The position numbers were made by a program, and so were the translations under genes. Positions 10,771-24,814 of a stretch of DNA of 36,707 nucleotides are shown here, in pieces (the first letter of the stretch is position 1; every line of letters starts with the position of its first letter). The notes beneath the pieces were generated by a model. That model worked only from the letters and a program-made list of their open reading frames with translations. It was not told the origin of the DNA and searched no databases. This stretch comes from Octopus bimaculoides (taxonomy: Eukaryota): positions 73,978,021-74,014,727 of the forward strand of contig NC_068987.1 in NCBI RefSeq assembly GCF_001194135.2, given 5' to 3'.

Positions 10771-12154
10771 CACTCTGCCTGTTCTTAGGCAAATAATTTA
10801 ATCCACTAACTGGTATCGTAAGCAGAACCTACTTCTGAATGAGGATAACCCTCGAACCATGGTCTCTCCATTTTTAACCAGTCACGGATGCTGGCAAAAA
10901 ATATCATTGGCGCTGTACTTTCTACTCAGACGAAGCTATTAAAAAATGTGCAGAAAGAAATATTTATGCATAGGTAAATGCTAAACGTTCATCACTTCCC
11001 TTAAAAGGTGATGAACATTTAGCTATTTATATATTTTAAAATGTTTCCATTTCTTGTCTATCGTTTGCCTTCATTGAGTTGTTTGTCTTTCATTTTTCTC
11101 TTATTGTCAATAACATCGCATTCTCATCTGATCTGTTCATTTTACATTTGTGTCTCACATATTACTGTCATTCCTCACACTATGCAATACACAGGGCAGG
11201 AGAGCAAAGGGAAACAACCGCAGAAAAATAAAACAACTTGGTATTTTGAAAGTGCTGTTTTATTTATTTATTTATTGTTGTTTGCTTTCTATTGATCCCG
11301 CGTGAAATTTGCTAACTCATCTGTTTAAGTTCTTCCCAGATTTATTTTACTTACCTTTTGAATAAAAATCTGTTCTTCCTTGTGGCAATACTATCACGTC
11401 TATGAAAATTGGGTAAATCCCACATTTTAAATTCAACTGGCTTTAGGAAGAAAACGCTGTCATGGATGAAAGGAAGAATTATTAATAATGAGGGTAAAAT
11501 ACAAATTGAGAAGAAAGTAAATCATAAAGAGAGTTTTAAAGGTGATTGTTCTTTGGAGAAATCCTTCGTTTACAGAGATTGTTTCACTGAAGAACGTTGA
11601 ATAAAGAGGAGTCTGGACGATCAAATGAACTATTTAGGCGACATGACTTTCGACGTTCTGTTCAATCAAAATCCTGGCTAATGTCATGTGCAATATCATT
11701 GCGAAACAGTGTTGGACTTTGGGTATTGCAAAAACATTGGGATAAGGATATCTTGCCAGAGTCAACGCAGAAGAGTCATTGCAGAATAGAAAGTATTGTA
11801 AAAACATTACTGGAAAGTCATCATGTCAGAAAAGTATTGCAGTGACTACTGCTATGACATTTCAACTGCGACATCTCTATAGTGTCATATCTGCAGTGGT
11901 ATCGCTTTTATGGCGTGGCTCCAGTGACTTATCAATGAAATCTTTGCTATGAAAGTTCTCCTATATGTTTAGTTTGGGATATATTTGTTATGAAATAATA
12001 GTTATGACAGCGCATCTTCTGTTTTGTTTCTGCACTAATATTTCTACCGTAACGTCTATGATATGATGTCTCTGTTATGGAGTAACGGTTTTAGCGCCAT
12101 CTTTTAATAATATTCTGCAGTGAGGTCCACACACAAACACACACACACACACAC

Positions 12155-12190
<36 letters not shown>

Positions 12191-12385
12191 NNNNNNNNNN
12201 NNNNNNNNNNNNNNNNNNNNNNNNNNNNNNNNNNNNNNNNNNNNNNNNNNNNNNNNNNNNNNNNNNNNNNNNNNNNNNNNNNNNNNNNNNNNNNNNNNNN
12301 NNNNNNNNNNNNNNNNNNNNNNNNNNNNNNNNNNNNNNNNNNNNNNNNNNNNNNNNNNNNNNNNNNNNNNNNNNNNNNNNNNNNA

Positions 12386-13130
12386 TACATATCAGTTTAT
12401 TTTTCAAAAATCATTTGGTTTTATTTAATATTTTTTAGTTCGTTTATTTTTAGTTCTAGTTTTAAAAGACATTAAAAAATTTTTTTTTAAATTCATTTAC
12501 ATTCTTTAAATTTTTTAAAACTCATTTCTTTTGAAAAATTTTCATTTTTATTTTCATTTATTTTTATTTCATTTTCAAATACACTTATTTTTTATTTACT
12601 TTTAAAATTCATTTATATGTTTTATTATCATTTAAACTTATTTTAATGTTTTTAATTTTTTTAGTTCTTTATCTTTATTTTGATTCTATTTTTTAAATTC
12701 AGTCATTTAGTTCATAACAACTATTTACTACTTAATTTCATTTTCAAATTCATTTTGGTTTCATTTTATCATTTTTTATTATTCATTTCTTATTTCATTT
12801 TATTTTCATTTCTTTTATTTTATTTTCATTTCTAAAATACACATATTTATATTTTTATTTTTTTATTTCATCTATTTGGTTTAACTTTTTTAATTAGATT
12901 CATTTAAGTACTTTTAATTTTTTATAAAATCTGTTTATTTTAATTTTTTGGGTTAGCGTATTTATTTTTCTTTTATTTTTTATTTCTTTTATTTGTTTTT
13001 AATATGTACAATTTCTTTAAGCATTTAATTGTTTTTATTTTAGTTTTTAAATGTATTTAATTTTTTCGATTTTATTTAATTACTCTATATATTTATTTGC
13101 CTTTTATTTTGGTTTTGTTGAAATTTTTAC
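12386..13130 (+). repeat. T-rich, G/C-poor low-complexity tract (degenerate TTTTA/TTTTCAT units)
   Basis: Directly visible composition over about 750 bp; ends about 130 bp before the terminal TnC exon. Confidence 0.9.
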
Positions 13131-13261
13131 TTCATAGTGTCCTTAAGTTGCTAACATTTGCGTTAAATTCCTCCAATTTCCTCCTCTAATTTTGTTCTTT
13201 GTTGTTGTTGGTTCCACAAATTGCATGTGTCCAAATGTAAATGCGTTTTATCTTTTTGCAG

Positions 13262-13290
13262 AATTCAAAACTCTGATGACATCAGAATGA
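13262..13290 (+). CDS. TnC: Troponin C terminal coding exon (E)FKTLMTSE*
   Basis: Strong acceptor ttttatctttttgcAG ends at 13261. Joining the G at 1270 to AA restores GAA (Glu12 of EF-hand IV) and gives DYEEFKTLMTSE, with TGA at 13288-13290. This resembles the molluscan TnC C-terminus EEFKxLM. Confidence 0.85.
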
Positions 13291-14019
13291 AGCAACCTGT
13301 TCATCACCTGTCCACCCGTCCACCCGTCCACCCGTGTCTAAATTGAATTCCATGTATCTCGAAAGGACACTCAAAGACGTTATTTTTCTTCTCCAGTTAC
13401 TCATATTCTTTTAGTTCCTCTATTCTTTCTACGTCTCCTTACACTTACTCTCTCAGTTTTTTTTTATCTCTTTCACTTACGGCCTACTGACTATCACACA
13501 TCTTTCTCTGAAGATGACACACAACCCTTGGCACGTCGATATATTGCTAATAATGCTAGTTATAACCTTCGTATATATCTTTCTCTAATCGATCGCACAC
13601 TTACCTATACCCAATCCGTCCCCTACCCATTCCTGCCAATAGCAAACACAACATCCAGTTAATTTTACTTCTTAATTAATTTGTCTACTTATTATTTATG
13701 CCAAACCTTTAATTTTTGACATGCTTCATTCAACTATGACTAATACCACCACTACTACATTACTCTACAACTATTATCACCACCACCGCTACTGCACATC
13801 TCCATTATCACCACTGCTATTACTAAACAAGGAGATAAAAGAACATTCAACCACCATCACTACTGTCTAGGATTTTTTAACAATCTGTCCGCTGTATTTC
13901 TTTTCCTTCAGTTTGTGTACTTATGAAACAGTAAAGTTTGATTGCTGCAATGGGGAGGAAGAGTTTATTGTCTAAGTCAATTGTCTAAGCTTCGTGACAA
14001 TTGCTGGCACATAAAAACA

Positions 14020-14960
14020 ATAAAAAAATTCTTTGCATACTGAGTTCAAATGCAGTTGACGCCTGCTTTACTTTCATCCTTAGGGCTTCAGTAAAATAAG
14101 CACCAGTAATATGCTGTGGTACATATGAAATTAATTTACTCTACCCTTCTCGCTCATTTGCCCATGCCTTCAATTATGTTGATTGTCAGACTTGTTAATG
14201 TTGCACAAAATATCTTGCAGTATGCCTTCCAGCTCTTTACATTCTGAGTTCGAATCCTGCTATTCACCCTTTTGGAGTTATAAAAATGAAATGCCAGTGA
14301 AGTACTGAGGTCGATGTAGACGACTGCACCCCCCGCCCAACTCCTCCAAATTTTTTTCTCTAAAACGAGAAATAATAATTATTATTATTGCTATTATTAT
14401 TGGTGGTATTAAGGCAGTGAGCTGACAAAGTCATCAGCACGCCGGGCAAAATATTTAGTGGTATTTTGTCTGTCTTTACATTCTGAGTTCAAATTCAGCT
14501 GATACCGACTTTGCCTTTTTTCCTTTCGGCGTCAATGAGATAAGTACCAGTTGATTGCTGGGGTCGATGTTATCGACTAGCCCCCTACGCCAAAATTTCA
14601 GGCCTTGTGTCTATAGTAGAAAGGATTATTATTGATGGTATTTCTTGTTATACTGTTATTGACGGTGGTGAGTGTGGGGGAGGGGTGATGCTACTGGCTA
14701 TGGTACTGATAGTAGCAGTGGTGGTGATGGTAGTAGTGGTGGTGGCTGCTAAGTTTTTATGTGGTGGATGTATATTTGCTATGTTTATAATTATTGTTTT
14801 CGTTATAATTAATATTGTTGCTATCATTGTTATTGTAAATGTTATTGAAGAACAGCAAGTCAGCTGATGCAGCAGAACATCAGACTAAATGCTTTCGTCA
14901 ACAAATCTGAGTTCAAATCCCACCAGGGTAGACTTTGCTTTCTCATCCTTCCAGGATCGA
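14020..14960 (+). mobile_element. Cluster of four same-orientation SINE family 1 copies (about 14020-14130, 14200-14350, 14409-14632, 14860-14960)
   Basis: Each copy contains CTGAGTTC(A/G)AAT and most have an (A/G)CTTT...CATCCTT segment. The copy at 14409-14632 is near full length; the others are decayed. They are separated by ATT- and GGT-type microsatellites. Confidence 0.75.
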
Positions 14961-15791
14961 AATTTTAAGTACAATTCATATCTTGGTGGGAATGACACTC
15001 TAACTAAAACTAAATTCTCTCTCTCTCTCTCTCCCTCTCTCTCTCTCTTTCTCCCTCTCTCTCTCTCTCTCTTTCTGCTAAATGTTCAGTTATTGTGCTA
15101 ATGTTATATTATTGTATTATTGTTGATGTTATTGTTCTTACTAGGGTAACGGAGAATGGAAAGGAAGAAGTCAGAACTATTTTAATGATACTAACGAGTT
15201 CAATAATACACTAACATTAAAACAAATTCACAACCAATTTAGCAACAGGGAAAATGTGTGCAAGTAACATTCGGGGTTGTTACCATTACAGCAGAACACG
15301 TGACTATTATACCACTTCCTCATCTTTGTTACTTAGTCAAGAGAAATAACCTTCATTATCACCACCATCAGCATCATCATCTTCATCAACAGCAGCATCG
15401 CTATCATCAATGTTTTCGATTATTCTCTTTACTTATCTCACATGTACCAAAGTTTAAGCACATCTAAACATTAGCACAGAAGCATGCGCGCGCAGCATAC
15501 ACATACACATAATGATAAAAATAATAATCATTATTGTTGTTGTTGTTATAATTATTAGAATTAGAATTATTATTTTCGTTTTTTTTTTCATGATTAATAT
15601 TTAACATATTTACATTTCTTCATTGCAGTTGTTTCGTCGTTGTTGTTGTTCTTAACAATGTTCGCGTTATTTAGTATGCAACGAACTATGGCATAATGTC
15701 TTTATTTCTCATTCTTTATTTTTGTTTAACTCTCTCACTCTATCCATCTACATGTTGCTTTCAGTCAATGTGCATAAATACAAATATTACA

Positions 15792-15825
<34 letters not shown>

Positions 15826-16156
15826 TATGCATGTTTATATATGTATGTGTGTGATGTGCATGCGCACGTGCATCAGTATATGTCTATATAAAACTTGTAT
15901 AATAACAATAATAATAATAAAAATTATAATAATAATAATGATGACGATGATATAAATAAACGTATTGTATACATATAAATATACTTATATATACATATGT
16001 ATACATATAAATATGCTTATATATACATATGTATACATATGAATATGCCTATATATACATGTATATAACAATTAAATCAATAGCTAACTAGCCCAATTGA
16101 CTTGCTTCTTGTGTTTGTTTCTCCATTCTCNNNNNNNNNNTATGTATGTATGTATG

Positions 16157-16189
<33 letters not shown>

Positions 16190-16194
16190 ATATA

Positions 16195-16568
16195 CAAGAG
16201 TTACGGAATAGAGTTGATAAGATCTGGGCTACATATGTTTCGTAGCGAGCGGAACCTTAGGAATGGTAAATATTCAAGCGAGGCATATTCCGCAGGCTAG
16301 TCTTCAAGCTGGGGGATACCTTGATTAAATGAAATGTTACATTGTCGCAAGGAGGTATATGCTGATGCCTGGAAAGTTCACTCTGAACTTTCCAGGCGTC
16401 AACATGTACCTTCTTGCGACAATGTAACATTTCATTTAATCAAGATATCCCCGGTTTGATGACCAGCCTGCGGTATACACCTCGCTTGGATATTTATCTC
16501 TTCTGATGTTCCGCTCGCTATGAAACATATGTATCCCAGATCTTACCTACTCTACTGCTTAACTCTCG
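16195..16568. repeat. Long palindrome: about 183-bp arms with a 3-nt loop
   Basis: 16198-16380 is the reverse complement of 16384-16565 at roughly 80% identity (hand alignment). The loop is CTC (16381-16383), and there is a perfect 32-bp stretch at 16320-16351/16413-16444. Confidence 0.92.
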
Positions 16569-17943
16569 TATTCCTATTAGCACACTCAGCAACCCTGGTC
16601 GCCTACAGTGAAATATAAAAAGAACATTTTTCAACTTATCGTCCTTCGATACGAAAAACATCCACAGCCTCCCGTCTCAATAAACCACTATTGTCCCTGG
16701 AAGCTTTTCTTTTTTTGATAATTACTACAGATTGCTTGAAACTAACTTTCTTGCTCCAGTTCGATCTCTGGATCTTATATATATATATATATATATATAT
16801 NNNNNNNNNNNNNNNNNNNNNNNNNNNNNNNNNNNNNNNNNNNNNNNNNNNNNNNNNNNNNNNNNNNNNNNNNNNNNNNNNNNNNNNNNNNNNNNNNNNN
16901 NNNNNNNNNNNNNNNNNNNNNNNNNNNNNNNNNNNNNNNNNNNNNNNNNNNNNNNNNNNNNNNNNNNNNNNNNNNNNNNNNNNNNNNNNNNNNNNNNNNN
17001 NNNNNNNNNNNNNNNNNNNNNNNNNNNNNNNNNNNNNNNNNNNNNNNNNNNNNNNNNNNNNNNNNNNNNNNNNNNNNNNNNNNNNNNNNNNNNNNNNNNN
17101 NNNNNNNNNNNNNNNNNNNNNNNNNNNNNNNNNNNNNNNNNNNNNNNNNNNNNNNNNNNNNNNNNNNNNNNNNNNNNNNNNNNNNNNNNNNNNNNNNNNN
17201 NNNNNNNNNNNNNNNNNNNNNNNNNNNNNNNNNNNNNNNNNNNNNNNNNNNNNNNNNNNNNNNNTATATATATAACATATATATTATATATATATATATA
17301 TGTCTGTATGTATGTAATAATTTATGAAAAAACATTTTTTGAATCTTTTGTATTTTTAAGCTGCTACTTTTTTCTGTTTCTCTACACATTGTCCACTGTT
17401 CATCTTCAACTACTATTACTACTACTATTACTACTACTATTAGCATTATAATTATTAATGTCTTTCTTCTTATTGTTCCTGTTGCTAATATTATGTTTCT
17501 TGTTATTTCAATACATAGCCTTGACAAGAAATGAATGCATGCCTCTGTTCACATAAATTATTCTGTTTGCCATTGACAATATACAGAATACAAAATTGCG
17601 AAAAATAACTGTATAGTGAGATTCAAGATTCATCTAATGTATTTATACTATGGAGACGCGATTGCCAGGCAAGTGATTTGATGTGAGACTATCAATTAGA
17701 ACTAAAGCAAATGCATTGCGGGAGACACATGCTAGCTATTTACTATTTGTAATAAAGAAAGCTTCTAACAAAGCAGAAAGTTTTACAAAATGGACTTTAT
17801 ATTTCGAATGCAAAGGCCTACCTAATATCTCTTCATATATACATATGTTACCTCCTCAAAATATTAGAATGTTTCAACGCGATTTCACATAAAGTATCTT
17901 AAAACGTATATATATATATATATATATATATGCATACACACAA

Positions 17944-17990
<47 letters not shown>

Positions 17991-18280
17991 AATATATACA
18001 TACATATATATATGTATATATACACATATTCATATACATATATGGATATTTGCCTGTATACATATATTTGTATATTTTTATATGCATGTATGTACATATG
18101 TATATGTCTATGAGTGAACGGTGGGGGGGACATGCAAAAGTAGTTACAACTTTGTATACACAAGGACAAACTACTAATCATCCGTATAGCGTCCGGTTTT
18201 GCGGATGATAATGAAAGCGAATGCCAGAACAAATAATAAAAGTATAATATTAATAATAATAATAACCAATAATAATAACC

Positions 18281-18312
<32 letters not shown>

Positions 18313-19651
18313 TATATGTTCCATATATTAATAATACTTTTGTTTTAAGCTTGACGTTATCTTTTGTTTCTATTTTCTTGCTCTAAATAATTGTTTCCTT
18401 AATTCTTATCGCAGTTACTGTCATTGTTTAATGTTTGCAATTTTTTTTTGCTTCACCTTCCTTGAATGTTATTCAAACTTTCATGTATGTCTGTATTTGT
18501 GTATGCCTCAATATATTAATTAATCTATGTGTTTATCTAATTAAATCAATATACATATATCTATGCATATAGGGGTGTGTATATATGTATATATACATAC
18601 ATATATATATATATATGCATAGATATCTGTATACAGAGACACAGATATCGATTCAATCCCACCTACTCATAAAAATAAAAATGAAAGGTGACTATATGAA
18701 TACCCAAAAATGTGTAAACACATAGACATGTCCTGCAAAATATAACTAACATATTTAGGATGTAGTTTGTTGGGTATGCCTAGACCATACACCCAAGCAT
18801 TCACAGACAAAAAACATTCACACATGCACATGCGCACACGCATACACATGTTAAACACATATTGAAATATATGCTATGTATTAAAGTACAACTAACACAG
18901 GCATTGGAAACTTTATTTTACTTGCCTTGAATATTTTACTAACTATAGTAACTATACACTAGCACTGTCAAATTAACAATAGACTGTAGTAGCTGTGATG
19001 GTTATCCAATGACAAATCCTTGCACCCACATGCACGCGCACTATATAAAAACGTGTATTGCATATAAATAAACTAGAAAGTAATATTTACTTATACAGCA
19101 TTATATATATTTAAATATATATGCATATGTATATGTGCATATATATATGTATGTATACATATATATGCATATATATATATATACATATATATAAATGTAT
19201 ATATATGTATATATATATACGTACATATATATATATGATATACATATCCATAATATATTATCTACATATCAACATACAAAAATCTTATATTCTATTCAAT
19301 ATTTTTTTTCTTTCACTCATTAAATTTTTCTCTCATTTTTCCAGAATTTTCTAAACTGATGATGGAGTGAGTTCTTGGGCTTAGATAACAACGATGATGT
19401 TCCCCTGTGCAGAAGGGAAGAAGTGCTTAACTCCCACCCCATTCCCTGATATAAAGAAAAGTTCACTACATAATTTGTTGCTCTCAATATATGAACACTG
19501 CTACAGCTAAAACAACAACCACTAAAAATAAATAATGAAATAAGTTTTCAAGAAAATTAAATATATCAATATTCAATAAAAGCAAAATAAACCCAGCTTT
19601 AACAAATACAACACATACACGGAAACATATATATATGCATACACATATACA

Positions 19652-19687
<36 letters not shown>

Positions 19688-19704
19688 CACACACACACAC
19701 ATAC

Positions 19705-19747
<43 letters not shown>

Positions 19748-20104
19748 CACACACACACACACATATATATATACACACACACACACATATATATATACAC
19801 ACACACACACACATATATATATACACACACACACACATATATATATANNNNNNNNNNNNNNNNNNNNNNNNNNNNNNNNNNNNNNNNNNNNNNNNNNNNN
19901 NNNNNNNNNNNNNNNNNNNNNNNNNNNNNNNNNNNNNNNNNNNNNNNNNNNNNNNNNNNNNNNNNNNNNNNNNNNNNNNNNNNNNNNNNNNNNNNNNNNN
20001 NNNNNNNNNNNNNNNNNNNNNNNNNNNNNNNNNNNNNNNNNNNNNNNNNNNNNNNNNNNNNNNNNNNNNNNNNNNNNNNNNNNNNNNNNNAAATGTGCAC
20101 ACAA

Positions 20105-20145
<41 letters not shown>

Positions 20146-20723
20146 CACACACAAACACACATACACACACTCACAAACACACGTATAATATGTTACAATA
20201 CAAAATTAATGTTAAATACGTGATATTTAAACAAAATATGATGCCGGACACAATCCATACCAATTTTCCCAGTTGACTTCTTCCTTCCATTAAATTCTTC
20301 AGCCTTCCTCATTCCAGTGTATTTATTTATTTAATCATTTCAACACACGCGCACACACACACACACACACGCACACACACACACACACACACAACACGCA
20401 CATAATCTTCTGAAAATCTATGTCAAAAATATATACATTGATATATCAATAAAGTACACGGTATTGTGTATTGCAACTGATCTTACTACTCATTTTTCAC
20501 GGGGTGTTACTCTCTAAAATGCTTGATTACCTCGTCAACATATTTTGCCCATATCTGCTAGCTCTGACGAGCATGTGGTATTATTTAATCATGCTTTTGT
20601 CTAACATTAAGATTTTAATACTCGGTGTGAAACTGATTAGTAAGATTGGGCCAATGGTTATATAATACAGTATACTTTGATATATATATATATTTGCATA
20701 TATATATATATATACACACACCA

Positions 20724-20779
<56 letters not shown>

Positions 20780-21190
20780 GAGGGAGAGAAGGAGAGAGAG
20801 AGAATGGGGGACAGTGAGGGAGAGGATCATATGTACAATAGTTCCTTATTTTTTTTTCCTATTCTCTTTCGTTTTGTTTTTTACTCCCCCGCTTGCTTCT
20901 TCCCATTTACCTTTATATGCGGATGTTATTTTGCAAGCAGAATGATAAACAAAGGGAAATGACAGAACATTGAAATGTTTCGACCCTACTGAGCCACATC
21001 GTCCAGACGATGCAACTGGACTTGCACATAGGGCTGTGGCATTGAGGTATTTAGCACACTTGTTGCACACATGCATGCATTGCTATAAGCTTGCATATTT
21101 GCAAACTCTCTCGGTCTCACTCACTTTCTCGCTTTCGCCTTTCTCCCTCACCTACACTTATACACACACACATACACGCTCATATATATG

Positions 21191-21248
<58 letters not shown>

Positions 21249-21669
21249 NNNNNNNNNNNNNNNNNNNNNNNNNNNNNNNNNNNNNNNNNNNNNNNNNNNN
21301 NNNNNNNNNNNNNNNNNNNNNNNNNNNNNNNNNNNNNNNNNNNNNNNNNNNNNNNNNNNNNNNNNNNNNNNNNNNNNNNNNNNNNNNNNNNNNNNNNNNN
21401 NNNNNNNNNNNNNNNNNNNNNNNNNNNNNNNNNNNNNNNNNNNNNNNNNNNNNNNNNNNNNNNNNNNNNNNNNNNNNNNNNNNNNNNNNNNNNNNNNNNN
21501 NNNNNNNNNNNNNNNNNNNNNNNNNNNNNNNNNNNNNNNNNNNNNNNNNNNNNNNNNNNNNNNNNNNNNNNNNNNNNNNNNNNNNNNNNNNNNNNNNNNN
21601 NNNNNNNNNNNNNNNNNNNNNNNNNNNNNNNNNNNNNNNNNNNNNNNNNNNNNNNNNNNNNNNNNNNNN

Positions 21670-21719
<50 letters not shown>

Positions 21720-21939
21720 CATATAGGTATATCTATCAACGCACGAGAACTGATACACACTGCATACATATGCACACAATTATTCTCTCTCACATAAATG
21801 CACTGGTGGTTTTCATTCAGAAAATCACTTGATGTTCACCCAGGAGTTATCAAGCTGGGGGAAAACGACACTTACTTCTATTTCAGATTGTTACAGCCAT
21901 CTCCGCCACCACTACCAATAACGCCTTCAATATTTACAT

Positions 21940-22095
21940 CAGTTCCACTACTAAGACTAAGACAGACACAACCATTACTAACTCTACCTCCTCTACTAAC
22001 ACCACCTCCTCTACTAACACCACCACTCCTCTGCTAATACCACTACTGTTAGCATTAATACTACCACCACCACCACCACTACCATTACCACCTCT
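21940..22095. repeat. Degenerate (ACT/ACC/CCT)n trinucleotide repeat
   Basis: Directly visible. Similar tracts occur at 13740-13870 and, in the opposite orientation, at 14690-14750. Confidence 0.8.
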
Positions 22096-22397
22096 CTTTA
22101 AGCTTTTTTTTAATAATTTAATTCTTGCCGTCTATTTTATTTTATTTTATATACTTTTTTATTTGGTTTTGTAAATAATTTTTCTTTAGTTTTATTTATT
22201 TATTTCTTTGCATTTATTTATTTCTATTTCATTTTTTTCCTTCTATCTTTTTTGCCTTTATTTCTCCATATATATATTATTTTTGGTTTTCTTCTTTAAG
22301 CTTGATAATTTTTCTCTTATTTCTATTTTTTTATATCCTCAAACACACACACACACACTCACACACACACACACACAAAACATACACATACATGCAT

Positions 22398-22490
<93 letters not shown>

Positions 22491-22787
22491 TATATATATG
22501 ATTATGTACTATGCCCTATTTTATTGCTATTTCTCTTAACACACATTCTCTTCCTTTGGCCCATCGCGTAGATATATGTGCACAGAAATTTATATATACT
22601 CATGCAATCGCATATTCTTTCTCTCTCTCTCTTTCTCTCTCCCTCTCTTTCTCTCTTTCTCTCTCTCTGTTTCTGTCTTTTTCTGTTTTTATATCAGCCA
22701 ACCTGTTTAAAATTCCAAAATTACCCCTTTCCCCTTCCCACTCCTATTGTGCTTTCCACACTATGATAATTGTTACACATATATACA

Positions 22788-22865
<78 letters not shown>

Positions 22866-23589
22866 TACACACACACTCACATACAGACATATACATGTAC
22901 ACACGCACACATATATATAATATATATACACAGAAGCATATATTTAAGTATACTTGATTTTTTTTTTGGTTTTATTTATTATTTATTTAATTTATTTATT
23001 TATATTTTGTTAAACATACATATACAAGGGAAGTAGGCAAACAACAAGGACAGAACATTTAGCATCAGCTGTAATCTAATCTAATCCTCGTGTCCACATT
23101 GTCAGAGTTGTTCTAATTTTTAAAAAATAGGCTCCTCTCGCCTTCTTAGAGGACGCTCAAGAAAAAAAAAAAACAATAGAATGAAATTCTCAACCAAGAT
23201 ATGTTATTGATGATAACTCGCATAAATACACTTGTATATAAAAACATTATGATGGTGAACAAGATATATGAACTTAAGCATACACACACACACATACATG
23301 CATACACATACAAACATACCTACATATACACAGACATACATAAGAATGTGTGTGTGCGTGCGTGTATGTGTGCATGTGTCCATGTGTGTGTGTGTTTGTA
23401 TGTAACATCTTCACAAATGTGTGTTACATGTAATAGAATATTCCTGGATTTGTCACATCAGCCAACTGCGAAACCATCAGATTTGTCACGCAAACCAATC
23501 CGGAGTCTGGGTCATCTCTGACAGCAAAGGACAAACAAGGATTTATAATATATACAATATTATGTCTATATTATGTGTGTATACATACA

Positions 23590-23627
<38 letters not shown>

Positions 23628-24188
23628 TATATACATATATATATGTGAGTGTGTTTGTGTGTGTGTATGCATATATATCTATATACATATATAACATATA
23701 TATATTTATATATAGATATATGTATATGTGTATGTATGTATGTGTATATATATATGTGTATGTGTATATATATATGTGTGTGTGTATACACCTGCACATA
23801 CACATTTGAATAAACATACACACTCACACACATACAGATGCACACATACGCACACATGCATGCACTGACATGCACACACATAAAAAACATGCTTGTAACA
23901 TTGACATGTGTACACTGACAATATCTATATATTTCTACTAATATTTCCACGTCAAAGTTTGATAAATTTTTTATACAATTGTCAAAACTGGCACATGTTT
24001 TATGATTTGTGTATTTATTTATAAATTTCGGCAATAAAAAGAAAATATATTGTCCCCTAAATTTGTTCTCAAACAATCCTTCGTTTGTTTCATTCCTTTA
24101 TATTTTATTGATCTCTTTCATTGGATTGTGCTCTACTGGATCATGATATTTTTTTCGGTAAGTATGAAGGAACCTTCCCAACTGAAAC

Positions 24189-24592
24189 AAGGGTCAGCTG
24201 AAAAGTTCATAGGCTAACCAAGATATTTTCATGGAATGTGACCAAATGAGATTCATTTTTCATCAGTTTCCCTTCCAGTCCACACACTTCTTCCATCGGT
24301 ATTGCAATACTTGGATTCCTTTGGTAAAGAAGCTTTTATCCTATTGGTAAAAAAAAATGTCCTCAACATCATATATGACGTTATTATCACTGTGATACTG
24401 GTTCCAAGCCAAGTGTTTTTTTTTTTCATATTGAGGAAAAGATGATAGTAAGATGGGACCAAATCAGGAGAATAAGAATAGTGATCAACCAATTCAAAGC
24501 TACAGTCATGCATAGTAACCATTGAAATGAAGGACCTGAGTGCTGGAGCATTGCCCTAATGAAACAGGAACCCTTTCGTCAGATTTCCCAGA
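24189..24592 (-). mobile_element. Mariner transposon 3' fragment (dead transposase and right terminal repeat)
   Basis: Across frameshifts the minus strand translates as KGFLFH*GNAPALRS..MVTMHDCSFELVDHYSYSPDLVPSYYHLFLNMKK..SFFTKGIQVLQYRWKKCVDWKGN. This matches the mariner HxDNAP, YSPDLAPxDY and RWxKCV..GxY motifs. A TIR-like GGGTCAGCTGAAAAGTTC lies at 24189-24207. Confidence 0.88.
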
Positions 24593-24669
24593 TTTCGTCA
24601 GATTTCCCAGATTTCGTCAGATTTCTTGATAACCTTTCATAACTGCCTGTGTGTGCTTGTGTGTATGTG

Positions 24670-24702
<33 letters not shown>

Positions 24703-24814
24703 TTGTGTGTTTGGCTGCACGAGGGGCAAGTTACCAGTGCTTCATGTAGAAGTTCCCACGCCACAAAAGGATCAGGCCTTATTCCTATATTAGAAAGGAT
24801 TGTCATTATTATTA

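Noticed and set aside
11409-11845. Two adjacent short ORFs in non-repetitive sequence with a recurring GTATTG(C/T)A motif
   Set aside because: No recognisable domain, no convincing splice sites and no consistent frame.
13506-13545. CTGAAGA..GTCGATA hammerhead-like string; similar partial matches near 19366, 20960-21010 (minus strand) and 35231
   Set aside because: Each lacks either an intact GAAA/CUGANGA core or pairable stems I-III.
14019-14024. AATAAA as the TnC polyadenylation signal
   Set aside because: Position is plausible (about 730 nt after the stop), but the hexamer is frequent in this AT-rich DNA and lies at the edge of a decayed SINE; cannot be supported without 3'-end data.
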